Part shown: positions 47,293-57,250 of the stretch, one piece after another | Numbering within the stretch: the first letter of the stretch is position 1 | How the letters are laid out: each line of letters opens with the position of its first letter | Origin: a virus | Length of the DNA stretch: 64,000 nucleotides | Strand: one strand, 5' to 3' | Virus record (IMG/VR): IMGVR_UViG_3300037149_000100 | Program-made: the position numbers and the translations under genes | Notes under the pieces: model-generated | The model's input: the letters and a program-made list of their open reading frames with translations, nothing else | Databases searched by the model: none | Told to the model about the DNA's origin: nothing

Positions 47293-48521
47293 AGTTTCGA
47301 CTGGTAGGTAAGGATTTTCAGTCTTGGAAGACCTTCGATTTGAAAGTCAACGGGTTTACCATCATCGTTGGCAGTTCAAATCGAGGGAAGTCCGCCATTG
47401 TTAGATCTCTGCGTGGTATTCTGAGAAATCAGGTTCAGGATGCCTTCATTCGTCATGGTCAAAAAGCAGTAGAACTTAAACTCGAAGTAGAGGATGGGCC
47501 TACGGCGGTTCTGACTAGAGGGAAGACGTTAACCTATAGGGTTAATGGCGAAGACTTTGCCAAACTCAATGGTGATGTGCCCCAGCTAATCAAAGACCTG
47601 AAACTGGGGGAGATCACCATCGGTTCCGCCAAGCTGGACCCCACATTCGCAGGGCAGTTTGACAGCCAGTTCATGATGAACCTGTCTCCCAGCGAATTAA
47701 ACTCTGTATTCGGTCTGTTCAGCAATACCGAGCAGTTGAATCAGGGCAAGAAGGCCATTAACCTCAACAATACTGAAATCAACTCCCAGGCCAAGATGCT
47801 GGCTCTGGAAGTTCAGGTGGGTCATACCAAAATAGCCGCCATTGAGGAGATTAAGCTCCATTATCTTGCCCTCGCCCCTCAGCATGTTGAGGCTACCCAT
47901 AATGTGGAAGCGGCTCAGACAGTGCAGACTCTATTGAATCAGAGAGCAGTGCAATGGAGCAGGGTTGTAAGTCTAGAAAGCATCAACCGAATTACCCCAC
48001 CCTCCACCTTGAAGGTAGCGAAGTCACACAAGGTTCATGACCTCCTGCTTCATCGAACTCAGGTAACAACCCGTACCAAGGCCCTCCGCCAAGCCTCTCA
48101 GGTGGCTCTACCTTCGACCGAATTGGTCTCTCGCTACCTTCGCCTAGGGAAGAGCCTCCGACAGGTCCAGAAGCTCCAGGAACGTATTACGGTGGGCTCT
48201 GGGGTGCTGGTTTCGGCCCGTGAGGTCAAATGGGGTCTGATGGTAAGACGATGGGGATTGTGGAACAGCTACTTCCCCCTGCGAAAACGACTTGAAGCTG
48301 CCCCCTCTGTTGTCTCAGTGAGTATGAGCAAGCTGAACGAGGACTTGAAGACCCTAAAGCTTCTCTCCACTCATCCTAAGATTAGAGCCATAGTTGCGAC
48401 TCATAGTGGGGCACTGCTGAATAATCTCAGTGAACTTGCAATTCTGCACCAGCAACTTCATGAACTCACAAAAGATGTCATCTCATGCCCGAAATGCGGG
48501 TATCAATTTATCAAGGAGTAG
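47289..48521 (+). CDS. SbcC/Rad50 N-terminal half ending in the zinc hook
   Basis: DFQSW, GSSNRGKSA, Q-loop GQFD, terminal CPKCG. Confidence 0.85.
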   Translation: MKFRLVGKDFQSWKTFDLKVNGFTIIVGSSNRGKSAIVRSLRGILRNQVQDAFIRHGQKAVELKLEVEDGPTAVLTRGKTLTYRVNGEDFAKLNGDVPQLIKDLKLGEITIGSAKLDPTFAGQFDSQFMMNLSPSELNSVFGLFSNTEQLNQGKKAINLNNTEINSQAKMLALEVQVGHTKIAAIEEIKLHYLALAPQHVEATHNVEAAQTVQTLLNQRAVQWSRVVSLESINRITPPSTLKVAKSHKVHDLLLHRTQVTTRTKALRQASQVALPSTELVSRYLRLGKSLRQVQKLQERITVGSGVLVSAREVKWGLMVRRWGLWNSYFPLRKRLEAAPSVVSVSMSKLNEDLKTLKLLSTHPKIRAIVATHSGALLNNLSELAILHQQLHELTKDVISCPKCGYQFIKE

Positions 48522-48523
48522 TC

Positions 48524-48805
48524 GTGGCCATAGCCGAAGAAATCCAAGACCTGAACAAACGGATATCCAGCTTGGAGAAGAAGCAGGAAGAAGTCAAGCG
48601 CACCCTGGCCGTTGAGGAGCACAAGCTCTCAGAGCTGGAGGCTCAACTCAAGGAAGAGGGCTACGATGTTTCCAAGATGTCTGATGAGCAGATCGAAGCC
48701 CTCATGGACAAACTCTCTGAAGAAATCAGCACTGAAATGGAAAGACTCAAGGGAATCATCGCAGAGGCCGAAAAGCAATATGAGAAGTTCCAAGAACTTC
48801 GCTGA
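48524..48805 (+). CDS. coiled-coil protein (possible SbcC middle segment)
   Basis: AAGGAG RBS, GTG start, heptads. Confidence 0.6.
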   Translation: MAIAEEIQDLNKRISSLEKKQEEVKRTLAVEEHKLSELEAQLKEEGYDVSKMSDEQIEALMDKLSEEISTEMERLKGIIAEAEKQYEKFQELR

Positions 48806-48813
48806 GGTAATCT

Positions 48814-48972
48814 ATGTGGCCTGAGTCACTCCCCCCTGCACCTTTTTACCCTCTCGTTCTCCCCATGAGGAGAGTAGAGCCGGTAGTGCGGATTCAGCCG
48901 CAAGCTCCTGATAAACGTGCCTTTAGGTTCTCAAACGATCAGGTCGGAACCCTCATTGATGCTTACGCCTAA
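48814..48972 (+). CDS. 52-aa Pro-rich peptide ending GTLIDAYA
   Basis: GAGG RBS; not in ORF track. Confidence 0.45.
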   Translation: MWPESLPPAPFYPLVLPMRRVEPVVRIQPQAPDKRAFRFSNDQVGTLIDAYA

Positions 48973-49009
48973 CCGAATCGGCTAGCCGTTCCATAGTGAG
49001 GAGAGTCCC

Positions 49010-49639
49010 ATGGAGTTTAAACTTGAACCCCAAGCCCTTATCCCCTGGAAGTTGATGGATACTAATCACTTACGTCAGGATTTGGCCTTGCTAGATATTG
49101 ATTACATGACTTTGGCTTTTGATGAGGGTTTTGAATGGTGCGATGTATCGTTACCTCAAGACAAGGCGCTCAAACTAGTTCGGTTTCTTGACACCCCCAG
49201 TCTGAGTCACAGGATAGCCTACTTGTTTGGACTGGTGGATACGGAGCGGCTTCAATCCGAGTGTTTTCGGAATTGTATTGGGGCAGTCGTTACGGACGAA
49301 GACCTTCGTATCCTAGGCTCTGGATTCAACCGTAAGCCCCCTTACTTCACTCATTGCAATACAATGGGGTGCAACCCGGAACGTATCTGTCGGGCCACTT
49401 TTCAACCTGAATTGGTGGCCCTGAGTAAACTAGAAGGCCCCACTCCCACCCCTGCCATCATGTTCTCCAGTGTGACTCCAAACTTAGCCAGTATCAATTT
49501 GTGTGAGCTTCACGGAGTATCAATCATTGTATACTTGGCCACCAGGAAGTTTTCAAAACTGGACACACCAGTCATTAGTTTCAAGACAGTGAAGTCCGGA
49601 ATACTTTTTCTTAAGGCCACCCTAGGAGCAGACGAATGA
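49010..49639 (+). CDS. dCMP-deaminase-like protein lacking catalytic motifs
   Basis: IGAVVT...ILGSGFN..P..HC..GC; QPE replaces HAE, PNLAS replaces PCxxC. Confidence 0.6.
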   Translation: MEFKLEPQALIPWKLMDTNHLRQDLALLDIDYMTLAFDEGFEWCDVSLPQDKALKLVRFLDTPSLSHRIAYLFGLVDTERLQSECFRNCIGAVVTDEDLRILGSGFNRKPPYFTHCNTMGCNPERICRATFQPELVALSKLEGPTPTPAIMFSSVTPNLASINLCELHGVSIIVYLATRKFSKLDTPVISFKTVKSGILFLKATLGADE

Positions 49640-49917
49640 AGTTGGTTATTGATCTACGCAGGAAACGAGTCAAGATTGAGTTCGAGGCGACCCAGGATGA
49701 AATAGGGCAACCAGAGACTCCGGTCAACGTCGAAGTTAAAACCAACAAAAGACAGAATAAACAGATTCTGGATCAAATCCCTGACATCACCGGCAAGCTG
49801 CTGTATTACTTGACTATGACTAATGTGGTGCTTCTGAACTCCACCTACGCTGAGATGGAACAGATGATCATCAGGGCCTTAGAAAGCGAGAAGTGCAATG
49901 ATAAGCGACCCGTTTGA
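49636..49917 (+). CDS. hypothetical protein
   Basis: AGGAG RBS. Confidence 0.55.
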   Translation: MKLVIDLRRKRVKIEFEATQDEIGQPETPVNVEVKTNKRQNKQILDQIPDITGKLLYYLTMTNVVLLNSTYAEMEQMIIRALESEKCNDKRPV

Positions 49918-50260
49918 GCAAGAACACACGGCCATACTCAATCTTCTGGACCATCTTCACTTAGGGTTCAACTCTTCAGTCCTTTTGGGGGACCTGATTG
50001 ACCATCTGAGTAACCATTTCATTGATGAAGAGCGGATGATGAAAATTTGCAATTACCCGGAACGGGAACGGCATATCAACGAGCACCTTCTCATCCAAGA
50101 TTTCGTCCTGCCTCTCATTCCTCGTCTCCTAGTGGGTAATAGTTCACAAGAGGAACTTGACCTGATGAGGGAGAGAATGGCTCTACATATTTCTTCAGAC
50201 GATGCCAAGTTCATTCATTACGCTAACACCTACGCCCCGGAGATGTTCAAACCCTTATGA
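49898..50260 (+). CDS. bacteriohemerythrin
   Basis: EH...HFIDEE...HINEH...HISSDD, all di-iron ligands present. Confidence 0.85.
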   Translation: MISDPFEQEHTAILNLLDHLHLGFNSSVLLGDLIDHLSNHFIDEERMMKICNYPERERHINEHLLIQDFVLPLIPRLLVGNSSQEELDLMRERMALHISSDDAKFIHYANTYAPEMFKPL

Positions 50261-51273
50261 AACTGCGAAGGATAGATGACGAGGTAAACATTGTGTGGAT
50301 TACGGATATCCACCTTTCTGATCGTCCTCCCGGAAGGCGTTCTGACGCCTATAGGGAACAGATTTTTGCCAAGCTTCGTCAGGTCCGTCAGATCTGCGAG
50401 GACAACCATGCGATATGTCTGGTTGGTGGGGATGTGTTTCATATCAAAGCACCTAAGTCTCAGGCGAATAGCCTGTCTCTAATCAGAGAGACTATCGAAG
50501 TGTTCAGTGAGTTCCCCGGTGGCTGCGTGTATGGCTGTGTGGGGAACCATGACATCCAGTTTGACCGAATGGACACCCTTCCTCATCAACCATTGGGTAT
50601 CCTGATGGAGGCAGGGGTTTATCGGTCGTTGAACGAAGAACCTCTGATCATTGAGACCAGGGAGGAAGCGATGCTGGACCCTTCCTTCGTCATTCAAGTG
50701 GATACGTGGGACTATGCGGAACCAGCCGACACCTATGAAGCCCTGAAGCGATCCACGGCTCGTCCAGAGGGCATTGATTACCGTTTGGGTATCGTTCATG
50801 CATCTGGGTGCAGCGGTGACACGAAGATATTTGGTGAGCAAGTCAGCATGATTGGCTATAACCAACTCCGCAAGCTGGATTATGATATCCTGCTCTGGGG
50901 GCACGACCACACCAGGACTGAGACGGAACGCTGTGGCAACGTGACTCATATCAACCTGGGCAGCATCGCTCGTGCGGCCCTGTCCCAAGATGAGGCGGAT
51001 CGTCCGGTCAGTGCGGTGCTACTCAAATTCACCACCGAAGGAGCTAAGATTAAGGAGATTCCGCTTAGTGTGGTCCCTCTTGAGCAGGCATTCCGAGTGG
51101 AAGACAAGCGAGTAATAGATGTGAAGGACAGCACCAGCATGAAGGCATTTTTCTCAGAGTTATCAGAATCGGTGGACGAGATTCAATCCTCAGACCCGAT
51201 CACTGTGATTGAAGCTCTATGTAAAACGGATGCCAAACTGTGCGCTCACGTAAAGGAGAAGTGCAACCTATGA
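50257..51273 (+). CDS. SbcD/Mre11-like metallophosphoesterase nuclease
   Basis: TDIHL, GGDVFH, GNHD, H, GHDH, NLGS.AR. Confidence 0.85.
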   Translation: MKLRRIDDEVNIVWITDIHLSDRPPGRRSDAYREQIFAKLRQVRQICEDNHAICLVGGDVFHIKAPKSQANSLSLIRETIEVFSEFPGGCVYGCVGNHDIQFDRMDTLPHQPLGILMEAGVYRSLNEEPLIIETREEAMLDPSFVIQVDTWDYAEPADTYEALKRSTARPEGIDYRLGIVHASGCSGDTKIFGEQVSMIGYNQLRKLDYDILLWGHDHTRTETERCGNVTHINLGSIARAALSQDEADRPVSAVLLKFTTEGAKIKEIPLSVVPLEQAFRVEDKRVIDVKDSTSMKAFFSELSESVDEIQSSDPITVIEALCKTDAKLCAHVKEKCNL

Positions 51274-52091
51274 AATCCGTCGAAGAGATTTGGCAATCCG
51301 AAGCATCCATGGAGGAAGCCTATAAGGATATTCTCCGTATTTCGAAGTTTGATCGTACGGCTGACGCGAGCAAGTTGGTCAATCGGGTAGTGGACAACGA
51401 GGTCATGATGACCATGAGTGGCACTCCCCTTTACTATGACAAACGGATTTGGATCCTTCAGCACATTCAAGACTTCAACCTAGCTAGCCAGCTTTTGCTT
51501 AACTGTCAGGAAGGGTCAGTCCGCTTTGATATTCCGAAGTTGGACAATGACACTCAAGCATGGCAAAGAGAGGGTAACTTTGAAGCCTCACCCTTCGATA
51601 AGAAGGCTAAGTTCATGGGTGGAGAAGATGAGAAATCTAAGAAGTTTAACACTATTCTTGCTGGAGTTCGTAATCTTAAGATTCTATCAGCGGGGTTGGT
51701 AGGTTTCAATAGTTTTCGAGTCAGCCCCATCGGCTCTACTCCAGCCCTGGCTGACCTGAATAATCTCTCGAATCTCTCCCTCATGGGATTGAACAACTAC
51801 GTGGGTCCGGATGTGAAAGTATGGGCACTAAACCACAAAGCCATCGAAGAGTTTATTCATCTTCGACATCTGGAGGATGGAAGTTTCATGGCGGATGGGT
51901 TGGCATACCCCATCTTCTCTAAGTCCGGTGGGGACATTGCACCCCGTACGATTACGAGTCGATGGATGGCCTATCAAGCTTTAAGCGAACGATTCCGTAT
52001 CTATGTGGTCCCCAAATACGATTCTATTCTTACGGTTGGGGATGATCTGCCAGAGGGCTTGAAGGAGTTTGTGAATGAGTTTAAGGGATGA
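51270..52091 (+). CDS. hypothetical protein
   Basis: AAGGAG RBS; coupled. Confidence 0.6.
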   Translation: MKSVEEIWQSEASMEEAYKDILRISKFDRTADASKLVNRVVDNEVMMTMSGTPLYYDKRIWILQHIQDFNLASQLLLNCQEGSVRFDIPKLDNDTQAWQREGNFEASPFDKKAKFMGGEDEKSKKFNTILAGVRNLKILSAGLVGFNSFRVSPIGSTPALADLNNLSNLSLMGLNNYVGPDVKVWALNHKAIEEFIHLRHLEDGSFMADGLAYPIFSKSGGDIAPRTITSRWMAYQALSERFRIYVVPKYDSILTVGDDLPEGLKEFVNEFKG

Positions 52092-52326
52092 TTTGAAGGC
52101 TAAGCTCCGAGCCCCCGCCAAGGGTGGGTGGAAGGAACTGATCCAGAATAAGCCTGGGGTTCAGCAGTGTGTCATTGAGATCATAGGTGATACATTGGGG
52201 CAGGGTGCGGTGAATGCGAAGGGGGAAGCCCCTGACAATCTAGTTGCGTTCTTAGATCGCATTCTCCAGAAAAAACAACACATAAACGATTTGGATTTGC
52301 TTTTACTTTTGGATGAGGTTGAATGA
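52075..52326 (+). CDS. hypothetical protein
   Basis: AAGGAG RBS. Confidence 0.55.
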   Translation: MSLRDDLKAKLRAPAKGGWKELIQNKPGVQQCVIEIIGDTLGQGAVNAKGEAPDNLVAFLDRILQKKQHINDLDLLLLLDEVE

Positions 52327-52949
52327 TGAAAATTGTAGAACCAAGTGTAACCCTTTTGCACCACACTCCTGATGCGGAGAAAGTTATCGAACGAGCCGGA
52401 AGGGTTTGTTGGAAATCAGAGGGGAATATCACTGAAGACTCTCACGTAGCCTTCATCAAAATGATCATGGACCCAAGCCGAAAGCATGAATCTGTATTGG
52501 AACATGCCTCCGCTGGGTTCAGCATTGTGTGTGACCGTGGCATCTCCCATGAGATCGTCAGGCATCGTATCGCTTCATACTCGCAAGCCTCTACTAGATA
52601 CTGCTGCTATGCGAAGGACAAGTTTGGCGGTGAAATTTCGGTTATTCGTCCGAGTGGGATTAAAGAAGGCACAAATGAGGGTGTTGTGTGGTATGAGGGT
52701 TGCTACCATGCTGAGCGGGCATACCTAAAACTCATTGAACTGGGGGTACTCCCTCAGAACGCTCGTTCGGTCCTTCCGACATGCCTCGCAACTGAGATCG
52801 TATGGACAGCAAACCTCCGTGAGTGGATGCATATCCTCTCCCTCAGGTCGGCAAAAGCTGCCCATCCAGACATTCGAGTTATTATGGAGATGATCAAACC
52901 TCATTTGGTAAGTATTGCTCCGACAATCTTTGCGAATTACGTTTCGTAA
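52323..52949 (+). CDS. thyX: flavin-dependent thymidylate synthase
   Basis: HESVLEH, RGISHEIVRHRIASYSQASTRY, ARSVLP, NLREW. Confidence 0.95.
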   Translation: MMKIVEPSVTLLHHTPDAEKVIERAGRVCWKSEGNITEDSHVAFIKMIMDPSRKHESVLEHASAGFSIVCDRGISHEIVRHRIASYSQASTRYCCYAKDKFGGEISVIRPSGIKEGTNEGVVWYEGCYHAERAYLKLIELGVLPQNARSVLPTCLATEIVWTANLREWMHILSLRSAKAAHPDIRVIMEMIKPHLVSIAPTIFANYVS

Positions 52950-52992
52950 AGTCTGGAATACTGGTACCTCTTCTGTATGAAGGGGATCCCCA

Positions 52993-53535
52993 ATGGGCAC
53001 TTATTTTATCGTAGAGGCATCGCATTTATTTCGTGCCGGTGAGATTCATTCTTCTCAGCTTTATGTTATAGACGTAGTCAGCTATATCGCACGAGAGATA
53101 CTGAATGAACCGATTACTGAGACTTGGGTGCTATTTGGCTCAACCAAGGAGCAGCAGGCTGACAAGTATATCCAGGCGGTAGAGCGGACGGGTGTGAAAG
53201 TCATCCGCATGGCCCCGATTGATTCACGGATCATTCCAGGGAATATTTTCTATAAACCTTCTACTTATTTGCATGACATTTTTGCCACTTTGCCAACTGG
53301 ATCACAGGTGGTGCTAGTGGGGTTTCATAATACTCGATTTGAGGACTTGCTTCGTAAGTATCAGGAGCAGTTCCGAATCAGTATTTGCGCGTTCACTACC
53401 AAGTCCAAAACAAACAATGATATGAAAATCCCCGACCAATTTCTGCCCTTAGTCGAACGAGCGGTCAGTCTAGATGATCATATCTCTGGCATTAAAAGCG
53501 AGTATAAACGGTCCAAGCAGGTTGAAGTCCAGTAA
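52993..53535 (+). CDS. NYN/PIN-like domain protein, catalytic Asp residues lost
   Basis: FIVEASHL, GVKV, VVLVGFHNTRF (vs SGDGDF), AVSLDD. Confidence 0.45.
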   Translation: MGTYFIVEASHLFRAGEIHSSQLYVIDVVSYIAREILNEPITETWVLFGSTKEQQADKYIQAVERTGVKVIRMAPIDSRIIPGNIFYKPSTYLHDIFATLPTGSQVVLVGFHNTRFEDLLRKYQEQFRISICAFTTKSKTNNDMKIPDQFLPLVERAVSLDDHISGIKSEYKRSKQVEVQ

Positions 53536-53580
53536 TAATCAAGTAAGGATCAAACTTTTTGACACTATGTAGAGGATCCG

Positions 53581-54201
53581 ATGAAATACAGCACTGTTAC
53601 AGAGGAGCAATTGGACGTACTCCAGCAAGGACTAGACTTACTGGCCCACGTTAACCATGACCTCGTACCCACTACGTTGTATTTATATGGCCTGTTAAAG
53701 CCAGGGAGCCCCATCCTTGCGAGTATCCAGGAAGCGGTCGGGGAAGATAACGCTGGAGAGATAAATGAGAGTGAGCTTAATATTGAAACCGCTGCTGTGG
53801 CTATTAGGCTTAGTAGTGATATTCTACAGTTTATTCTAGGCTCTGGCTATCGGGCAAACGATGAAGATTTCCAGTATATGATGAATGGAGAGCTACACGA
53901 GAGTAGTTTATCCTACGTTTCATCCAAGCCAACCCTACTCCTGTCCGAATTTGAAAAGGTAGCACTTGCAGATGACGGATATTGGTTGAAGGACTTTTTG
54001 CAAGCTGAGGGGGCTGGACGAGAGCAACAGAACCCTTCTGTAGTGACCCGCACCGAACCAGCTACAAAAGAACCGCATGGTGGGGCAGAGAATGTGCTGC
54101 ATGAGCAGTATCCTCACCAGTCATCACTCAAGCCCATAGTGGGTCGGCTCACCTCTGAGATGGTTGAGCAGTTGATTTGGAAGAATCGTCTAAAAACCTA
54201 A
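53581..54201 (+). CDS. hypothetical protein
   Basis: GAGG RBS. Confidence 0.6.
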   Translation: MKYSTVTEEQLDVLQQGLDLLAHVNHDLVPTTLYLYGLLKPGSPILASIQEAVGEDNAGEINESELNIETAAVAIRLSSDILQFILGSGYRANDEDFQYMMNGELHESSLSYVSSKPTLLLSEFEKVALADDGYWLKDFLQAEGAGREQQNPSVVTRTEPATKEPHGGAENVLHEQYPHQSSLKPIVGRLTSEMVEQLIWKNRLKT

Positions 54202-54212
54202 AGGAGACACAG

Positions 54213-54575
54213 ATGAGAGTGATGGATGCCCCACCCGCTGCCCAGTCACCAGTTGAGATTCAACTTGTTGTGTCATCCGAATATGAACAGGCTGTCTGGA
54301 AGCCTGACTACATCAAGGTGCTGCTTTGGTTTGAGACCGAACAGCCCCGAACCCTCGCTGCTAAAATATTGCAAGCTCCACCTTTTGAGATAGTAGGTCC
54401 AGTTTTAGAATATGTTGCTATACTTAAACCCGCCAAGAAAGTGTTCGATATGACCTGGGCTTTCCTGGAGGATTTCGAAACTCTCAAGGACAGGGGCGCG
54501 GTTCCTTCAGATGCCAAACTAGGCAGTTTTGACTTTATCGAGGAAGACAAACGTTTCCTGGCTTGGGTGATGTAA
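54213..54575 (+). CDS. hypothetical protein
   Basis: AAGGAG RBS. Confidence 0.6.
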   Translation: MRVMDAPPAAQSPVEIQLVVSSEYEQAVWKPDYIKVLLWFETEQPRTLAAKILQAPPFEIVGPVLEYVAILKPAKKVFDMTWAFLEDFETLKDRGAVPSDAKLGSFDFIEEDKRFLAWVM

Positions 54576-54627
54576 AAAACGTATCTGAATCAGCCTCCCA
54601 CCGAGTATAATATGGTAGGAGGCTCTG

Positions 54628-54825
54628 ATGAGTGATAGTTCTACAAATACGGGTGGCGGGTGTGTCACGGTCGGTGGGCTCGTTGCGGTGATATTGAGTG
54701 CTGCTCTGAACCATTCATTCTGGTGGGGGTTGCTCCACTTTTTCTTCGGATGGTTCTATGTTTTGTACGCTTTGATTTGCCGGTCTCATGAGATCATGCC
54801 TGCCCTTCGAAGCATGTTCTCATGA
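54628..54825 (+). CDS. small two-TM phage membrane protein
   Basis: LS..LNHSFWWGLLHFFFGWFYVLY; early-type promoter upstream. Confidence 0.7.
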   Translation: MSDSSTNTGGGCVTVGGLVAVILSAALNHSFWWGLLHFFFGWFYVLYALICRSHEIMPALRSMFS

Positions 54826-55034
54826 ACGAACCCACTGAAACTGAGCTTGAGCAATTGAGGATTGAGATTAGCCAAATGTCTCATTATCAGATGGCACGTA
54901 GGTATAGGTATGCTCCTTCGGGTGATCCGATGTTCCGCTTCGACCTTCCGTTGAACCGTTTGTTTATGGAGCGATTCAAGCAGTTGGGTGGGTGGACTCC
55001 GGAGATTTCAAAACAAGTTGGATGGGATTATTAA
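54822..55034 (+). CDS. hypothetical protein
   Basis: RYAPSGDP...GGWTPEISK.VGW. Confidence 0.65.
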   Translation: MNEPTETELEQLRIEISQMSHYQMARRYRYAPSGDPMFRFDLPLNRLFMERFKQLGGWTPEISKQVGWDY

Positions 55035-55035
55035 T

Positions 55036-57225
55036 ATGGCAGAAGATAACAGACCATTTGAGGAAGCTGGCAAGGGCCTCATCATCAGCACCAATAACGA
55101 GCTGATTAACGCTCGCCACGCATATTATGCCCAAGCCCGCCCGATCATGACCGATGCGGAGTATGATCGGATGGAGCAGCAGCTATATGATATGGTGAAG
55201 GGGCTTCCCCAGTTCCGCTCCCTCGCCACCATTCTGACCACCGTTGGCTCTGACATGGTGAACAGCGGGGGTCGGATCAAGCACCGGACCCCCATGTTGA
55301 GTCTGGATAAGACCTACGATTTCGCAGAGCTTACCAGTTGGCTCGAACAGTTCCCCGGTCAACAATTCGTGATTGAACCGAAGGTTGATGGCTGCTCGTG
55401 CTCCACAATCTATATCAATCGCAAACTCATCAAAGCGGTAACCCGTGGTGACGGGCTGTTCGGTGAGGATGTGACGAAGCAGATGGCTGCAAGTGGCGCG
55501 GTTCCACTGACCTTACCGGAAGAGTTCTACCCAGAGACCCCCGTGGAAATCAGGGGAGAGGTGTTCATTGCCGTTTCCCAGTTTGACAAGTTAAACAAGG
55601 AATTGGAAGCTGAGGGTGAGAAGCCGTATGCCTCGCCTCGCAATCTTGCTGCCGGTTCGATGAAGCTGTTGGACCTTGAAGCAGTTCGGCGGCGGGGCCT
55701 ACGCATGTTCGTATGGGAGGTGAACGGCATCCCTCAAGACTACCTGAGCAAACGCTCCGCCTCCCTGGACTACTGTCATCAGGCCATCCAATACGTGACC
55801 CGCACGAACCCCTGCTTCCCTCAATCCATCCTGAGCGTCTGCTGTGATCCGCAGGGAGTGGTGGATGCGATTGATAATCAAATCCGCAAAGAGCGGGAGA
55901 TTGTCTGGCTAGGTGGCTTGGGTATGCATACCGATGGGGTGGTCATTAAGCTGGTTAGCCCACAGGCCCGCAAGGAAGCGGGTTTGGGCACACGAACACC
56001 GCACTGGGGTCTCGCATGGAAATACCCCTCTGAGAAGAAGGGAACGGTCCTGAAGGATGTGGTATGGCAGACCGGTCGAACCGGAAGCCTCACTCCCGTT
56101 GGTATCCTCGATCCCATCAATATTGGTGGAGCGATGGTCAGCAGGGTAAATCTGAATAATTATTCTTTCATAACCGAATTGGGAATTGGTATCGGTGATG
56201 AAGTTTTGATAAAGCGTGGAGGGGAGGTGATCCCTGTGTGCAGTGGGATTAGCCTAAAATCCCCCACTTCCATTCTCATTCCTGAACCAACTGTGTGTGC
56301 TTGCGGAGCACCAATCATTAGTGGAATTAACCCCAAATCCGGTGTGCTGACTCACTGGTGCGATAACTTTGAATGCTCCGAGCAATTGAAGGCTAAGCTC
56401 TGCTATGTGGCGGATCGCTCTGTTCTGGAGATTGATGAACTCGGCCCTGAACTATCCACCAAGCTGGTTGAAGAAGATTTTGTCACCACCTTCTCCGACC
56501 TGATGGAGTTCTCTAACAGCATCATCACTGGTCTGGAGAAGAGCAAGTCTGAAGCAGTCTCTCTCAAACTTACTGGTTTGGGTTTTAGTGCTGCCCAGAT
56601 CATCAAGATGTGCAAATCTCTAGAAACTGTGAAGACCCGTGAGTGGGACCGATGGTTGGCAAGCCTTGAAATTCCAGGTATTGGCAGGGTAATGAGTAAG
56701 GGACTGGCCACTCTGTGCCGACTCCAACCGGATGATATGCCTCGTCTCAGGGATATCCTCACCAAAGCTTTGAATGGTGAGAAGATTGACGGTATCGGAG
56801 ATGTGAAGAAAACTGAGGTGCTGTCCTATTTTGCCACGCATGGTCAATATTTCGATGAAGAGGTCCAGGCGCTCTACGATGCGGGGGTCAGGCCCAAGGC
56901 TTTGATTCAGGCAGCCGTAGCGGGCGAGCAGCCCTTGGCTGGCTATGTGGTTTGCATCACCGGGGAGTTCTACAGTTTCGGTGAGCGAGAACATCTGCAA
57001 AAATGCCTCGCTAGCATTGGGGCTACCATCAAGACCGGAGTGAGCAAGAAGCTGACCCATCTGATTGCCGGTGCTGAAGCGGGGCGCTCTAAGTTGGCTA
57101 AGGCGAAAGAGTTGAACATCCCGCTGCTCAGAGAAGATTGGCTGCGATTGGCATTTACGGATAATCACCTCCCACTGAAACCTAAGGGATTTGAAGCTGA
57201 AGATGCGGACGATGGATTCATCTGA
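55036..57225 (+). CDS. ligA: NAD+-dependent DNA ligase
   Basis: YY..P..TDAEYD, HRTPMLSLDK, EPKVDG, EIRGEV, DGVVIK, AWKY, Zn finger, BRCT. Confidence 0.95.
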   Translation: MAEDNRPFEEAGKGLIISTNNELINARHAYYAQARPIMTDAEYDRMEQQLYDMVKGLPQFRSLATILTTVGSDMVNSGGRIKHRTPMLSLDKTYDFAELTSWLEQFPGQQFVIEPKVDGCSCSTIYINRKLIKAVTRGDGLFGEDVTKQMAASGAVPLTLPEEFYPETPVEIRGEVFIAVSQFDKLNKELEAEGEKPYASPRNLAAGSMKLLDLEAVRRRGLRMFVWEVNGIPQDYLSKRSASLDYCHQAIQYVTRTNPCFPQSILSVCCDPQGVVDAIDNQIRKEREIVWLGGLGMHTDGVVIKLVSPQARKEAGLGTRTPHWGLAWKYPSEKKGTVLKDVVWQTGRTGSLTPVGILDPINIGGAMVSRVNLNNYSFITELGIGIGDEVLIKRGGEVIPVCSGISLKSPTSILIPEPTVCACGAPIISGINPKSGVLTHWCDNFECSEQLKAKLCYVADRSVLEIDELGPELSTKLVEEDFVTTFSDLMEFSNSIITGLEKSKSEAVSLKLTGLGFSAAQIIKMCKSLETVKTREWDRWLASLEIPGIGRVMSKGLATLCRLQPDDMPRLRDILTKALNGEKIDGIGDVKKTEVLSYFATHGQYFDEEVQALYDAGVRPKALIQAAVAGEQPLAGYVVCITGEFYSFGEREHLQKCLASIGATIKTGVSKKLTHLIAGAEAGRSKLAKAKELNIPLLREDWLRLAFTDNHLPLKPKGFEAEDADDGFI

Positions 57226-57250
57226 GTATTAGAAAGGAGGAGATGAGAAA

